A DNA stretch of 32,000 nucleotides from Trichodesmium erythraeum IMS101. Its GTDB lineage: Bacteria; Cyanobacteriota; Cyanobacteriia; Cyanobacteriales; Microcoleaceae. Shown piece by piece: positions 10,781-20,850 of the stretch. Each line of letters begins with the position of its first letter. Within the stretch, counting starts at the first letter, position 1. The translations under genes were made by a program, and so were the position numbers. Under the pieces are notes generated by a model, which worked only from the letters and a program-made list of their open reading frames with translations, had not been told where the DNA came from and did not search any database. The stretch is from assembly GCF_000014265.1 (NCBI RefSeq), contig NC_008312.1, forward strand, positions 450,001 to 482,000, given 5' to 3'.

Positions 10781-11869
10781 TTTAAATCTACTCCATCTAT
10801 ATCTATAATTTTTGATGTAGATGGGGATTGTTTATAGAATTAGTTTGATGTCTATAGCATACAATTTTTGAATTTTAGGGAACAGAAAGCAGGAAAGAGA
10901 AAAAAATAGAATACTTTATTAATATGAGAAACTCTTTATAATTTAATTTTTTACAATTAATAAGGGCTGAGTTAAGTATTAGTTTTTAATGATTAGATAG
11001 CTATCAAATTAGATCTTTATTAAAGGAATAGATTGAAAGGATAGTATATTTTTCATAAATTCTAGATAATAAGGTGGTCATATTTTTTAAAACATTTAGT
11101 AATAAAAGTAGAGTTTTGATTTAAATGTCTATCTAAATATTTTACTGGGAGATGCTGGAGACGATCGACTTTATTTGAACTATTTTATTGTATTTACTCC
11201 CAGATAATACCTCAGACAAACAACGATTAAATAAGAAAATTGTTCTATATTTCTACTACAAATTACTAAATTAATATCAATATCTTAATCAGGTAAGGGG
11301 AGCTATTCAGCTAATTTTTGATAATAACCAAAGTTTTCATAATATATCATTACTGAGTAAAGAACAATTTCGATTAATAGGATATTCCATAGAATTAAAA
11401 ATGTATTTTTCTAAGTAATACTGCTCTTGATATTATCAGTAGGTGTAAGCATTCAGTTGTCAGCTATCAGCTAGAAGGAAAAATTAAAATCCTACAGGAA
11501 AAATATGATAAGCTTTACATAATTATTTGATTACTTTTATGTATCTTTTTCCGCAGCTAGACGGAGGAAAAACTCTGGAGCTGACTGCTAAGGTGCTGAA
11601 TTCTTGCTTTTTTTGACATCCTCCCCAAGCAAAAGGTATGGATATTTCTACTTAGCTAAAGCTCTTGGCTAGGGGTGAGCCCGAGAGATCCATATCTATT
11701 TTTTATCTCGGACTATCCCCCCAGGAATCATTAAGAAATTACTAAAATAGTATATAATATATAAAAAAAACTCAAAGGTCTCTACTTATGAGTGGGGCTT
11801 TAAACCAAGTTTTTAGGTCAAAATGTTAATAGAATAGAAATAACCATTTTTTTTAGAAAGAGGTCTCTG

Positions 11870-13597
11870 ATGGTAGCAATAACAGATCCAGTCAAAAATA
11901 GACTGACAATAGAGACAAATAAAATTGCCTCTGATACAATGGCCATTCGTTCTCTAGATTGGGACCGCGATCGCTTTGATATAGAATTTGGTCTACAGAA
12001 TGGTACCACATATAACTCCTTTATCATTCAAGGAGAAAAAACTGCTTTGGTGGATACATCCCATGGAAAGTTTCGCCAATTGTACCTAGATACTCTATTG
12101 GGTCTGATCAAACCTACCGAAATAGATTACTTAATTATTAGTCATACTGAACCCGATCATAGTGGTTTAGCTAAAGACATTATTGAACTAGCTCCACAAA
12201 TTACAGTAGTTGGGGCAAAAATAGCAATTCAATTTTTAGAAAATTTAACTCATATACCATTTAAAAAACAAATTGTCAAAAATGGAGATCAACTGGATTT
12301 AGGTAATGGTCACGTTTTAGAATTTGTTTCAGCTCCCAATTTACATTGGCCTGATACAATATTTAGCTATGATCGTAAAACCCAAACCCTATTTACCTGT
12401 GATGCTTTTGGGATGCACTATTGCTCAGACAAAACTTATGATGAAACTCTCAGTGATATAGAAGCAGATTATAAATTCTATTATGAATGTCTCATGGCCC
12501 CCAATGCTCGCTCAGTTTTAAATGCCATGAAACGCATGAAGGCACTGGGAGATATCAATACTATTGCGACAGGTCACGGTCCTCTCCTACGTCATAACTT
12601 AGTAGAACTAACAAACCGTTATCAGGAGTGGAGTCAAGCAAAAAGCAAAGCAGAAAAAACAGTAGCAGTATTCTACATTTCTGATTATGGTTATAGCGAT
12701 CGCCTCTCCCAAGCTATTGCCCATGGGATAATCAAAACAGGGGTAGCTGTAGAAATGATGGACTTAAAGTCTGCTGATCCCCAAGAGGTTAGAGAACTGG
12801 TAGAAATGGCCAAAGGAATTGTGATTGGAGCTCCTCCCAGTACAGGTCCTATCGCTACTACTGCGGAAATAGGCATCAGCACTATTTTAGCAGCAGCTAA
12901 TAAAAAACAAACATTTGGCTTATTTGAATCAGGTGGAGGGGATGACTTATCTATTTATCCTCTTGCTATCCAGTTTAAAGGACTAGGGCTCAAGCAAGCA
13001 TTTCCTAATATTACAATCAAAGAAACACCCTCAGAATTAACTTACAAGTTGTGTGAAGAAGCTGGAACAGATGCAGGACAACTTTTGAGTATCAAGGAAA
13101 ATATTAAGCAGATGAAATCCCTTGATAGTGGCCTGGATAAGGCTTTAGGTCGCCTGAGTGGAGGTTTGTATATTATTACTGCTAGTAAAGGTGAGGTTAG
13201 TAGTGCCATGTTAGCTTCTTGGGTAGTGCAAGCTAGTTTTAAACCATTGGGAGTTTCTATCGCAGTAGCAAAGGATCGAGCTATTGAGGCACTAATGCAA
13301 GTAGGCGATCGCTTTGTCTTAAATGTATTGCGAGAAGATAACTATCAATATTTGATGCGACATTTTTTGAAGCGCTTTAAACCTGGTGCAGACCGTTTTG
13401 CAGGGGTAAATACTCAAACTGCTAATAATGGTAGCCCCATTTTGAGTGATGCTCTAGCTTATTTAGAGTGTGAAGTGGCAACTCGGATGGAGGCAAGTGA
13501 CCATTGGATTATTTATGCGACTGTTGATAATGGGCGAGTTAGTGACTCAGATGTTTTGCCTGCAGTGCATCATAGAAAAGTAGGTAATCATTATTAA
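11870..13597 (+). CDS. Flavodiiron protein (cyanobacterial three-domain type: metallo-beta-lactamase-like, flavodoxin-like and flavin-reductase-like), Flv3/Flv4-like with canonical diiron ligands
   Basis: 575 aa. The canonical ligand motifs are present: SHTEPDHSG (H-x-E-x-D-H), NLHWPDT, TCDAFGMHY and TGHGP. The C-terminal flavin reductase-like extension (GLYIITASKG...VLNVL) is specific to cyanobacterial and plant Flv proteins. An aagagg SD lies upstream of the ATG. Confidence 0.9.
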   Translation: MVAITDPVKNRLTIETNKIASDTMAIRSLDWDRDRFDIEFGLQNGTTYNSFIIQGEKTALVDTSHGKFRQLYLDTLLGLIKPTEIDYLIISHTEPDHSGLAKDIIELAPQITVVGAKIAIQFLENLTHIPFKKQIVKNGDQLDLGNGHVLEFVSAPNLHWPDTIFSYDRKTQTLFTCDAFGMHYCSDKTYDETLSDIEADYKFYYECLMAPNARSVLNAMKRMKALGDINTIATGHGPLLRHNLVELTNRYQEWSQAKSKAEKTVAVFYISDYGYSDRLSQAIAHGIIKTGVAVEMMDLKSADPQEVRELVEMAKGIVIGAPPSTGPIATTAEIGISTILAAANKKQTFGLFESGGGDDLSIYPLAIQFKGLGLKQAFPNITIKETPSELTYKLCEEAGTDAGQLLSIKENIKQMKSLDSGLDKALGRLSGGLYIITASKGEVSSAMLASWVVQASFKPLGVSIAVAKDRAIEALMQVGDRFVLNVLREDNYQYLMRHFLKRFKPGADRFAGVNTQTANNGSPILSDALAYLECEVATRMEASDHWIIYATVDNGRVSDSDVLPAVHHRKVGNHY

Positions 13598-13693
13598 TTT
13601 AAGCCTATAAAACTGTAAAAATAAACACCAAAATATTTAGCTGCCACAGTTAAAATTGTCTTGTTTGATTCTGATTTGATTCTGAATATAGTT

Positions 13694-13728
13694 GCGAGTA
13701 TCTTCTATTATCTAAGGAAGATGCTCGC
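13694..13728 (+). terminator. Candidate rho-independent terminator after the flavodiiron gene
   Basis: GCGAGTATCTTC (13694-13705) pairs with GAAGATGCTCGC (13717-13728) at 11 of 12 positions around an 11-nt loop. It is followed by ACTTTATTT. Confidence 0.4.
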
Positions 13729-13871
13729 ACTTTATTTAGGGCTAGTTGATTAATTATCAAAGCCTTGACACAAGTTATGCAAAAATCCACACTTTGAATT
13801 TCAATAGGAACTTTTTTCCTTAAAGATTTATTTTAATGAGTGAAGTACATATTTTAAATAATAACATTAAT

Positions 13872-13894
13872 TAGGGTACGCAAAACGTACCCTA
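13872..13894. terminator. Perfect 9-bp hairpin between convergent genes (possible bidirectional terminator)
   Basis: TAGGGTACG-caaaa-CGTACCCTA. A T8 run lies about 12 nt downstream on the + strand. The hairpin sits between the flavodiiron gene (+) and the A2M gene (-). Confidence 0.35.
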
Positions 13895-14020
13895 AAAATA
13901 TAGGTTTTTTTTGTTAGATGAGGTCCCCTAATATTCTCCTTTTAAAGCTGGAATTTGAACTTCCAGGGACTTAAGGGGAATCAAATATCCGTACCTCACA
14001 AATTAAAAAAATTGCTATAA

Positions 14021-17000
14021 CTACTTCACAACCAACGTCGCCGTTGCCGATCGCCCAAATTCTTCGGGGGCATATTGTAACCGCGCTTCTGCTCCAGGCC
14101 ATATAAACGTTCCGGGAGTCACAGACCTAGCTAAATAGTGTAAGGTATATACCCCAGGCTTTAAACCCTCAGCGTAAGCTTCGATACGATCGCTATATAT
14201 CTGTTGATATTGTATTTGCCAACTATCAGCTTTTGCCTTCACAGCAGAAGTGGAAGTTTGAAAACTGGTATCAACTGCTTCTAAACCTGCTGGCAGTGGG
14301 TCCCTGATCACTACATGGTCTACAGGGTGGTCTACAATAATTTCGACTCCAATATCAAAGACTTGACCTGCAACAACATCTAATGTTGATGGAACCTCAG
14401 AGATATCCATCCGTTGCCATATTTCCTCTTCATTTGCCAGACTAATTTCACGTGCTACTCGCAGACCGTTATACTTTCCTGGCTGGTTTCCTGGGAGACG
14501 ATAACTATACTCAACTAAATAATGCAACTTCCCTTCCCCTGATTTTTCCAAGACTAGATCTGATTTACCTTTTGGCAACCCATCCATTGCCACATTCACA
14601 GATAGATTTTGATTTTCATAACCTTGAAAACGGGTAGTATCTAGCTGTTTACCAGATAAATTGGCGGTTGTGACAAAGTCTGGTGGGGTGGGTTGAGTAT
14701 TGCTATAAGTAACCAACGCCCTCAATGCTTCGGCATTATCATAAGTTGTACGCCAGGTGCCATCCCGCCGCAAGTTGAGCAAACTTTGTAATATTCGGTC
14801 TATTACTTCTGGTTTGGCGTCGCGGGTAATAAATAGTCGCAATGCTTGAGCTTGACTTGCGGTAGTTGAATTCATCCATCCCCAGGTAGGTGGTAAATTC
14901 AATGTGGCACTGCGCCCTGTTTCATAAACACTGTTCTGAATTTCCCTAAATATTTCTTCTGACTGCTGACGCCACTGGGGGAAACTAGATAAATAACGCC
15001 CTAGTCTAATTTGGTTGACTAGTGACAATTTTTCCCGTTGTTGATAAATATCTGACAGGAAATTCTTGCGGGTATAACCTAATTCTGACAATGCTATTAA
15101 GACATTTAACCGCACCTGATTTTTACAGGGTTGTTCGGTACAATAATCATATTTACCTGGGTTTGCTAATAGGTTGTTTAAGTAATTCCGTAGACCATTT
15201 AACATTGAGTCATTCACTAAATTTGGAAATGCTTTTTGGGCTTGAGCGATCGCCTCCCCGGCATAAGCAGTCAAATAAGGGTTAGAAATTTCCTGCCCTG
15301 GATAATAACCAAAACCGCCATCTGGCAGTTGTAACTTTTCTAATTTTTCTAATGTTATTTTTGCCTGTTCCTCTGGGTTAAAGTCTACAAATGCTTGCTC
15401 ATATTTTTTACCTAAAATTTGTAAATTAGAAGCGATCGCTAACTGACTAGCCACAGGTTCAAGAAATGGTAACTGGTCTTTTTTCAACACTGCTTTTGCC
15501 GGAGCAGTAATTTCTGGTATCAAGGTACTTGCCATAAATATTTCCAGACCTCCCACATCTGGCATCACATTCTCAGTAATATTCAGAGGAATTTGCACTT
15601 GAGACTCAGTTATACCAGACTCCACCACAGTTTCACTTGCTGCCAAAGACCGAACGGGTAAAGCAACTTCAAACCCATCAGTGTCAAGGTCATTCAAGCC
15701 AGTCCTAAACTGCACTTTTGCCTCGCCAGGTTGTTTTGCCTCCATGGGAAAGCGGTAAGCATTCGTGCCTGGGTCTGCTTTTATTTTTAGAGTTTCTGTA
15801 GTTTGGGAATTTTTAGTAAACAAAATATTCTGACTAACTTCCCCATTTATTTTTAGACTTCCTTTTTTGCCAGTATTATTCGTAACGGCTACACCACCCT
15901 CAAACTTGTCACCAATACGAGCAAACTGAGGCAACATAGCATTTGACATTAAAGGTTGAGTCGTAATAAAAGTCGCCTCTCCATTGCCAAAATGTAAATT
16001 CCCATCTGTGGCAACAGCCATTATACGCCAGGTTGTTAAATCATCTGGTATATTAAAACTTACCGTTGCTTTACCTTGATCATCCGTAAGAACAGACCCA
16101 TTATAATAAGCTAAAGACTGAAAATATTTCCGAATGCGAGTACTAACACCGCCAGATGATATCCCATCTCTAATATTCTCATTTGAACTTGATATGTAAC
16201 CTGTACTATTCGATCTTGCCATTGTCATTTTTCTTGCTTTGCAGTTATCATTGAAACGAGTAGATATTGCTTGCTGCGAGTAGCGGGTAGATATTGGTTG
16301 CTGCGCGTAGACAGTCTCAACCAAATTTGGTGGTCGATAACCACTCAGTTGTAACACCGCTTCATTCACTACCATCACTGTCAACTGACCTTTTATCGGT
16401 TGCCCTTGATTATTTTTCAGTGCCAACTCCACATTTTCCATTGCCCCTGGTTGTAACTCCAGACTTTGGGGTGTCACTTCCACCTTTAAGTATTTGTCCG
16501 TCAAATCAATTTTCAATGGAGTAAAACCAACTTTCATCAAATTTTCCACACACCCAGGTTCCACATCTGGCAGTGGTTGACCTTGCGGGACTAACACTGC
16601 CTCCACTGCAGCATTAGGTAACATATTTTCTGTAACTTGAAATTGAATTTCCGGTGCGCCACTTTTAACTTTGACAATTTTTTCATATAGAGGTTTATCA
16701 CGCACGACAGCAAAATATAATTCCCCTTCTGGATAGGGCGACTGAATTAAAGCAGTTGCAGTTTCCCCTACTTGGTAGGTGTCTTTATCGAATTTTATTT
16801 TTAGACGTTCTTCCTTCTGGCTTCCCCAATAAACTCGCCCTGCTCCCGTTGCCCAAACCTGAATATCAGTAGCAGTAATGTCATCCTCAGCATTGGCAAA
16901 GTTGGCACGAATGCGATAACTGCCTGGTTCTGGGGGTGTAAGGTTGACGGTCTTGGGTTTGTTGTTGCTTATAACTTTTTCGGTAGCAACAGTTTTGTAT

Positions 17001-19735
17001 TCTACTTGGGCGACAGCACTCTGGGTGACTGCACTGTATTCCATTTTTTGTAATTCCAGTAGAATATTTTCCCCAGAAAGTGCTTTTCCTTGAGAGTTAG
17101 TCACAATAATTTCTACTGGAAATTTTTTATTCGCATCAGCAACAAATTTACTTTTTAAACCTATTAACTTCTGACTTGTTAGAGCAGTAAATGTTTGAGT
17201 ATCTGCTACAGAAAGATTGGATATATCTGTTACTTCCAGATCTACTTGATAATTCATTGGATAAGGTAAATCTTTCCCAACTGTAAATATTTGATTATCG
17301 CCACCATTATTATCTAGTATTACATTTTTTGTCAGCACATTATTAGGAACATTTGGTATTTTTTCCGGCCAAAACCATTGACGACCAAAAGAAAATTCTT
17401 GCCAATTTTTTGGAGAAAATTCTGTTTTTGTACGAGTCAGATAATATTTAGCTTTTCCCCCTTGCAACGGGGAACCAAACAAATAATTACTTTCAGCTTT
17501 TACCCCAATTTTTTCACCAAGTAAAACAATTTGTTTATCAAGTTTCAAGTCAACTTGAAAATTAGGTGGTTGAAATTCAGCGACACGAAATAGTCCGTAA
17601 ATTTCTACACCATTTTCTCCTTTTGCTTTTACGGTGTAATAACCGAATAGCTGATTACTATCCAGAGGAATTTCGAGAGAAAAAGTACCAAATTTATTAG
17701 TTGTCTGAGTGCCTAAGTTTTTATTATTACCATCTGGATTTATCAGAGTAATTTGATAATCTGTATTTTTGGCTTGTTTCAAGTTGCCATTTTCCAAATA
17801 ATAAGCAGCTCCAGTCAACCAAACTTTTTCTCCTGGTTGATAAATTTTTCTATCTGAAAAAATAGTACCCCGCGATTTAGGTTTTCCACTATCCCAACCA
17901 TAATTAATGTCATAATCATAGTTTATACTATATTCTTTAGTTATAGTAAATGCCCAATCTTGATTTTCTTTAGCAATTACTAATAGTTCTGGTGGTTGAG
18001 AAAAAAGCTGACCGTTCATACATTTTTTTAAGTCTGTTTTAGTTAAATTTACCAGACCATTTTTATCAGTTTTTCCAGTAGCACAAGGAGTCGTTTGAGA
18101 TTGAGATTTAGAATTTAATTGCAATTGATAAATCTCCACATTTGCCACAACTGGAGAACCATCATCTAGATGATTTACTCTAATAATTCCCGACTCTGGA
18201 AACCACTGAGCAAATACTCTTAAATTTGTTAATTGTATTAATCCATAAAATTCTGGTTCTTGCCATTTTTCCTGACCGTTTTGTTCAGAAAAACTCGTCC
18301 GAGCTTGTACTCCATAAGCTAACATTCCGGTCTGACCACCCAATTTTTCTTGAAGGGGAATTGCTACTTCTGTTATTTTATTTTTTTCTCCAGAAACAGG
18401 ATATTTTTGCCACTTTTTATTTATCGGTAATAAGTTCTTCCGATTATTTATAGGATAGGCTGACTCTGTGTAAACTAAATCTGTTGGTTGTACAACTTTA
18501 TAGGTTGCTTTATATTCTGATTCTGGCAGATTTACTGTAGAAATTTTTAGTTGTAAATCTTGACTAGACGCGAAAATTTTTAACCCTGAAGGAACAGAAA
18601 TATCTCCTAATAAATCTCCTGTTTGATAATCTAAGACAACGGGCTTTCCTAGTATTTGCCCAAATTTATCTTTGGTATTAGAACCAATAGTAATTTTATA
18701 ATTTGTATCGGGTTCTAACAGCAAAGGATTAAGACGAACAATGTTATAGTTATTGTTAGCTTGAATCAGATTTTTAGTTTCTTTTGGTGCGGGCTCAATT
18801 GTAATATTTTTAACCGCTGAATCTTCTACAATTCCATGATTAAATTCTAATATAGGATTACCTTTAACAAATATACTCCTTCTCTCGGAAAATTTGAGTT
18901 GAGAAAATTCAAAATTAGAGTAGGTTTCTACTTCACTAATGAAAGGTGTTTGACTAGGTAAATTACCTTTCAATGTTTGAATACCTGAGTCAAATTCTAG
19001 CCGATATTTAGTACCTTTTTCTAGAGTTACTTGGGGAGTAATTAAATAATTCCATTGATGCCAAGAAGGGTCAAATTTTTCTCTGGGAGATTGTTCTTTT
19101 TCAGAATTTTCTAATTTTTCTAAACTAACTACAAAGGGTAAGCTTTCTGTCTTACCATCTGGCAAAAATTTTAATTTTTTTGTAATTGAATCTAAATCCA
19201 ATTCCACATTTGAGGTGAATTTTAAAGTTGGATTTATATTAATTGGTTCTTTTCTGCTACTCCTTGGTAAATTTGTTAGTTTGACTGGTTCAGTATTAAA
19301 AGTCCAGACTAAATCTTGATCTAATTGATGATTTTTTAAGTCAGATAAACCAGATTTTAGAGTAACTTTAAATCTGGTGGATTTTGGCAAGGCTTCTTCT
19401 GATTGAAAACCTACCATTTTCGGAGTCAAAAATCGGAATTGACCAGGTAATTCCGGGAAAATTTCAAACTGCTTTAATTTTTCCTGTTGTTCTAGAGAAC
19501 CTACAGTTTCCAAAGGAATTAAAGGTTCTTTAAACCGAATCAGAATTTGACTTAAAGATTTTGCTTCTCCCGTGGGAGTAATTTGTTCTATCCACTCGGG
19601 TAGTGGAGCAGTAATTATTAAGTCTACCATTGGTGATTTTTCCTGTTTTGAACTTAAGCTAAAGCTACTAAATATTCCTATGGTCAATACTAAGCATAAT
19701 CCTATGAGAAAATATTTCCAATATTTAAGAACCAT
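14021..19735 (-). CDS. Bacterial alpha-2-macroglobulin family protein, apparently thioester-less, with an N-terminal signal-anchor
   Basis: 1904-aa ORF with repeated Ig-like macroglobulin-domain character. It has the IPDDLTTWRIMAVA motif and an alpha/alpha-toroid TED-like region (LPDGGFGYYPG, RRDGTWRTTYDNAEALRAL). The N-terminus MVLKYWKYFLIGLCLVLTIGIFSSF is hydrophobic. The ORFs at 14452, 15022, 16294 and 18226 (+) are antisense noise. Confidence 0.9.
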   Translation of the reverse strand: MVLKYWKYFLIGLCLVLTIGIFSSFSLSSKQEKSPMVDLIITAPLPEWIEQITPTGEAKSLSQILIRFKEPLIPLETVGSLEQQEKLKQFEIFPELPGQFRFLTPKMVGFQSEEALPKSTRFKVTLKSGLSDLKNHQLDQDLVWTFNTEPVKLTNLPRSSRKEPININPTLKFTSNVELDLDSITKKLKFLPDGKTESLPFVVSLEKLENSEKEQSPREKFDPSWHQWNYLITPQVTLEKGTKYRLEFDSGIQTLKGNLPSQTPFISEVETYSNFEFSQLKFSERRSIFVKGNPILEFNHGIVEDSAVKNITIEPAPKETKNLIQANNNYNIVRLNPLLLEPDTNYKITIGSNTKDKFGQILGKPVVLDYQTGDLLGDISVPSGLKIFASSQDLQLKISTVNLPESEYKATYKVVQPTDLVYTESAYPINNRKNLLPINKKWQKYPVSGEKNKITEVAIPLQEKLGGQTGMLAYGVQARTSFSEQNGQEKWQEPEFYGLIQLTNLRVFAQWFPESGIIRVNHLDDGSPVVANVEIYQLQLNSKSQSQTTPCATGKTDKNGLVNLTKTDLKKCMNGQLFSQPPELLVIAKENQDWAFTITKEYSINYDYDINYGWDSGKPKSRGTIFSDRKIYQPGEKVWLTGAAYYLENGNLKQAKNTDYQITLINPDGNNKNLGTQTTNKFGTFSLEIPLDSNQLFGYYTVKAKGENGVEIYGLFRVAEFQPPNFQVDLKLDKQIVLLGEKIGVKAESNYLFGSPLQGGKAKYYLTRTKTEFSPKNWQEFSFGRQWFWPEKIPNVPNNVLTKNVILDNNGGDNQIFTVGKDLPYPMNYQVDLEVTDISNLSVADTQTFTALTSQKLIGLKSKFVADANKKFPVEIIVTNSQGKALSGENILLELQKMEYSAVTQSAVAQVEYKTVATEKVISNNKPKTVNLTPPEPGSYRIRANFANAEDDITATDIQVWATGAGRVYWGSQKEERLKIKFDKDTYQVGETATALIQSPYPEGELYFAVVRDKPLYEKIVKVKSGAPEIQFQVTENMLPNAAVEAVLVPQGQPLPDVEPGCVENLMKVGFTPLKIDLTDKYLKVEVTPQSLELQPGAMENVELALKNNQGQPIKGQLTVMVVNEAVLQLSGYRPPNLVETVYAQQPISTRYSQQAISTRFNDNCKARKMTMARSNSTGYISSSNENIRDGISSGGVSTRIRKYFQSLAYYNGSVLTDDQGKATVSFNIPDDLTTWRIMAVATDGNLHFGNGEATFITTQPLMSNAMLPQFARIGDKFEGGVAVTNNTGKKGSLKINGEVSQNILFTKNSQTTETLKIKADPGTNAYRFPMEAKQPGEAKVQFRTGLNDLDTDGFEVALPVRSLAASETVVESGITESQVQIPLNITENVMPDVGGLEIFMASTLIPEITAPAKAVLKKDQLPFLEPVASQLAIASNLQILGKKYEQAFVDFNPEEQAKITLEKLEKLQLPDGGFGYYPGQEISNPYLTAYAGEAIAQAQKAFPNLVNDSMLNGLRNYLNNLLANPGKYDYCTEQPCKNQVRLNVLIALSELGYTRKNFLSDIYQQREKLSLVNQIRLGRYLSSFPQWRQQSEEIFREIQNSVYETGRSATLNLPPTWGWMNSTTASQAQALRLFITRDAKPEVIDRILQSLLNLRRDGTWRTTYDNAEALRALVTYSNTQPTPPDFVTTANLSGKQLDTTRFQGYENQNLSVNVAMDGLPKGKSDLVLEKSGEGKLHYLVEYSYRLPGNQPGKYNGLRVAREISLANEEEIWQRMDISEVPSTLDVVAGQVFDIGVEIIVDHPVDHVVIRDPLPAGLEAVDTSFQTSTSAVKAKADSWQIQYQQIYSDRIEAYAEGLKPGVYTLHYLARSVTPGTFIWPGAEARLQYAPEEFGRSATATLVVK
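16257..16310. repeat. 27-bp (9-codon) tandem duplication inside the A2M gene
   Basis: cgagtagatattgcttgctgcgagtag (16257-16283) is followed by cgggtagatattggttgctgcgcgtag (16284-16310), with 24 of 27 positions identical. This encodes YAQQPISTR / YSQQAISTR on the - strand. Confidence 0.85.
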
Positions 19736-20524
19736 ATTTTTATGATTTAAGGATAATTTTTACTGACAATTATTAAAGGTCTAATGACTGAAAAGAATAG
19801 GCTATTTAATTTATTAATCTTAAACCATTATATCTCTAAGAGTTAAATACTCAAATAGTTGAATAGTTATTAAATCGTCAAGTCTAAACTATATAAATTT
19901 TAGCAGAAATAGCACAGATACTTTTTCGGAAATAGTCAGTCATTTTTTTTACTCCAGAACATAAGAGCGATCGCTTAATTGAATCATAACTGGAATTAAT
20001 TTTTTAGTCATAGGACATTAAATAAATTCCAGATTGTGGAAAATTTATAAAAAGTAAAACTCTAAACAAAAAAAACTAATAATTATGAAATATATAACAA
20101 TCATATTTTTATTTTTTCCAAAATTTTACCGCTTTTGGCGACAAGAACTTGGGTGTAATAGCTAAGAGCTTCAGAACAAATTACTTTAATTATTAAAGAA
20201 TAGCTTTTTCTCCGGTTATTTCTGTTTTTTGCCCTCTACTTCCTTCCTAACAGTCGCCAATTTTTTCACTTTTTAGATAGCATGACTATATTTAATAAAT
20301 TGATAAAAAATAAAAATTTATGGTTTAAATATCAAATGGTAAATAACTAGTTAATTTTTGTAGAGTAATAATTTATGATAATACCTAAAGCAAAATTTAA
20401 TATACTTTGCTCAAAAATGTTGATGTTAGAAAAGCGGCTCAGGATTTGAGCAACTTCTTTTGAGATATCTATTAATTTATATTTCTCATGAATGGAATAG
20501 TATCACTATTAAATAGTTTTAATT

Positions 20525-20850
20525 ATGGGTAAAGAGGCTGTAGTTTTTGGAATTAATTGTTATCCATTTTTGAAAAAATAAAAGTTAGGAGATTTTGATT
20601 TTAAAGCTCCTGTTAAAGATGCCGAAGGTATTACTAATATCTTGGAAAAATATGGTAAGTTTCGATTTCAACACTGGCCAAAGAAGGATGATGAGGAAGG
20701 TAAAAAAATATTTGGTTCTAAGGGCAAGGTTATAATTAATGACCTCTAATATTAGTAACTTCTTTGGAAAAAGATGAGATAGAGGAAGCAATTAAGAACC
20801 CAGCGGAATTAGTGGGAATGGCAGTAGAAGCTAAGTTAGTTACTCAAAAA
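20525..20850 (+). pseudogene. Relic of the 5' part of a caspase-like (peptidase C14-type) multidomain gene
   Basis: One frame reads MGKEAVVFGINCYPFLKK*KLGDFDFKAPVKDAEGITNILEKYGKFRFQHWPKKDDEEGKKIFGSKGKVIINDL*. The (A)VV(F)GIN.Y...L.aP..DAE.i...LekyG.F pattern matches, from memory, the N-termini of cyanobacterial caspase-domain proteins. There is an in-frame TAA and then a frameshift (..SNISNFFGK in another frame). The catalytic His/Cys part is absent. Confidence 0.5.

Noticed and set aside
11818-12882. ORFs at 11818-12027 (-) and 12691-12882 (-)
   Set aside because: They are antisense to the flavodiiron gene or its start region, and no independent support exists.
13940-13975. tRNA-like T-arm impression (ctggaatttgaacttccag)
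   Set aside because: This is only a 6-bp hairpin. There is no acceptor stem, D-arm or anticodon arm and no GTTCGAATC-type T-loop. No tRNA or rRNA genes were found anywhere in the window.
15131-15142. CTEQ tetrapeptide in the A2M homologue as the thioester site
   Set aside because: It lies about 110 residues downstream of where the TED thioester motif aligns (LPFLEPVAS, in place of YPYGCxEQ). It lacks the usual G-C-x-E-Q-x context. It is treated as coincidental pending structural alignment.
14452-18453. ORFs at 14452, 15022, 16294 and 18226 (+)
   Set aside because: All are antisense shadows inside the 1904-aa A2M gene.
19640-19735. Lipoprotein signal (lipobox) at the A2M N-terminus
   Set aside because: The only Cys, in LIGLC, has Leu at position -1, whereas the lipobox consensus requires G, A or S there. 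It is more likely an uncleaved signal-anchor or a standard signal peptide.
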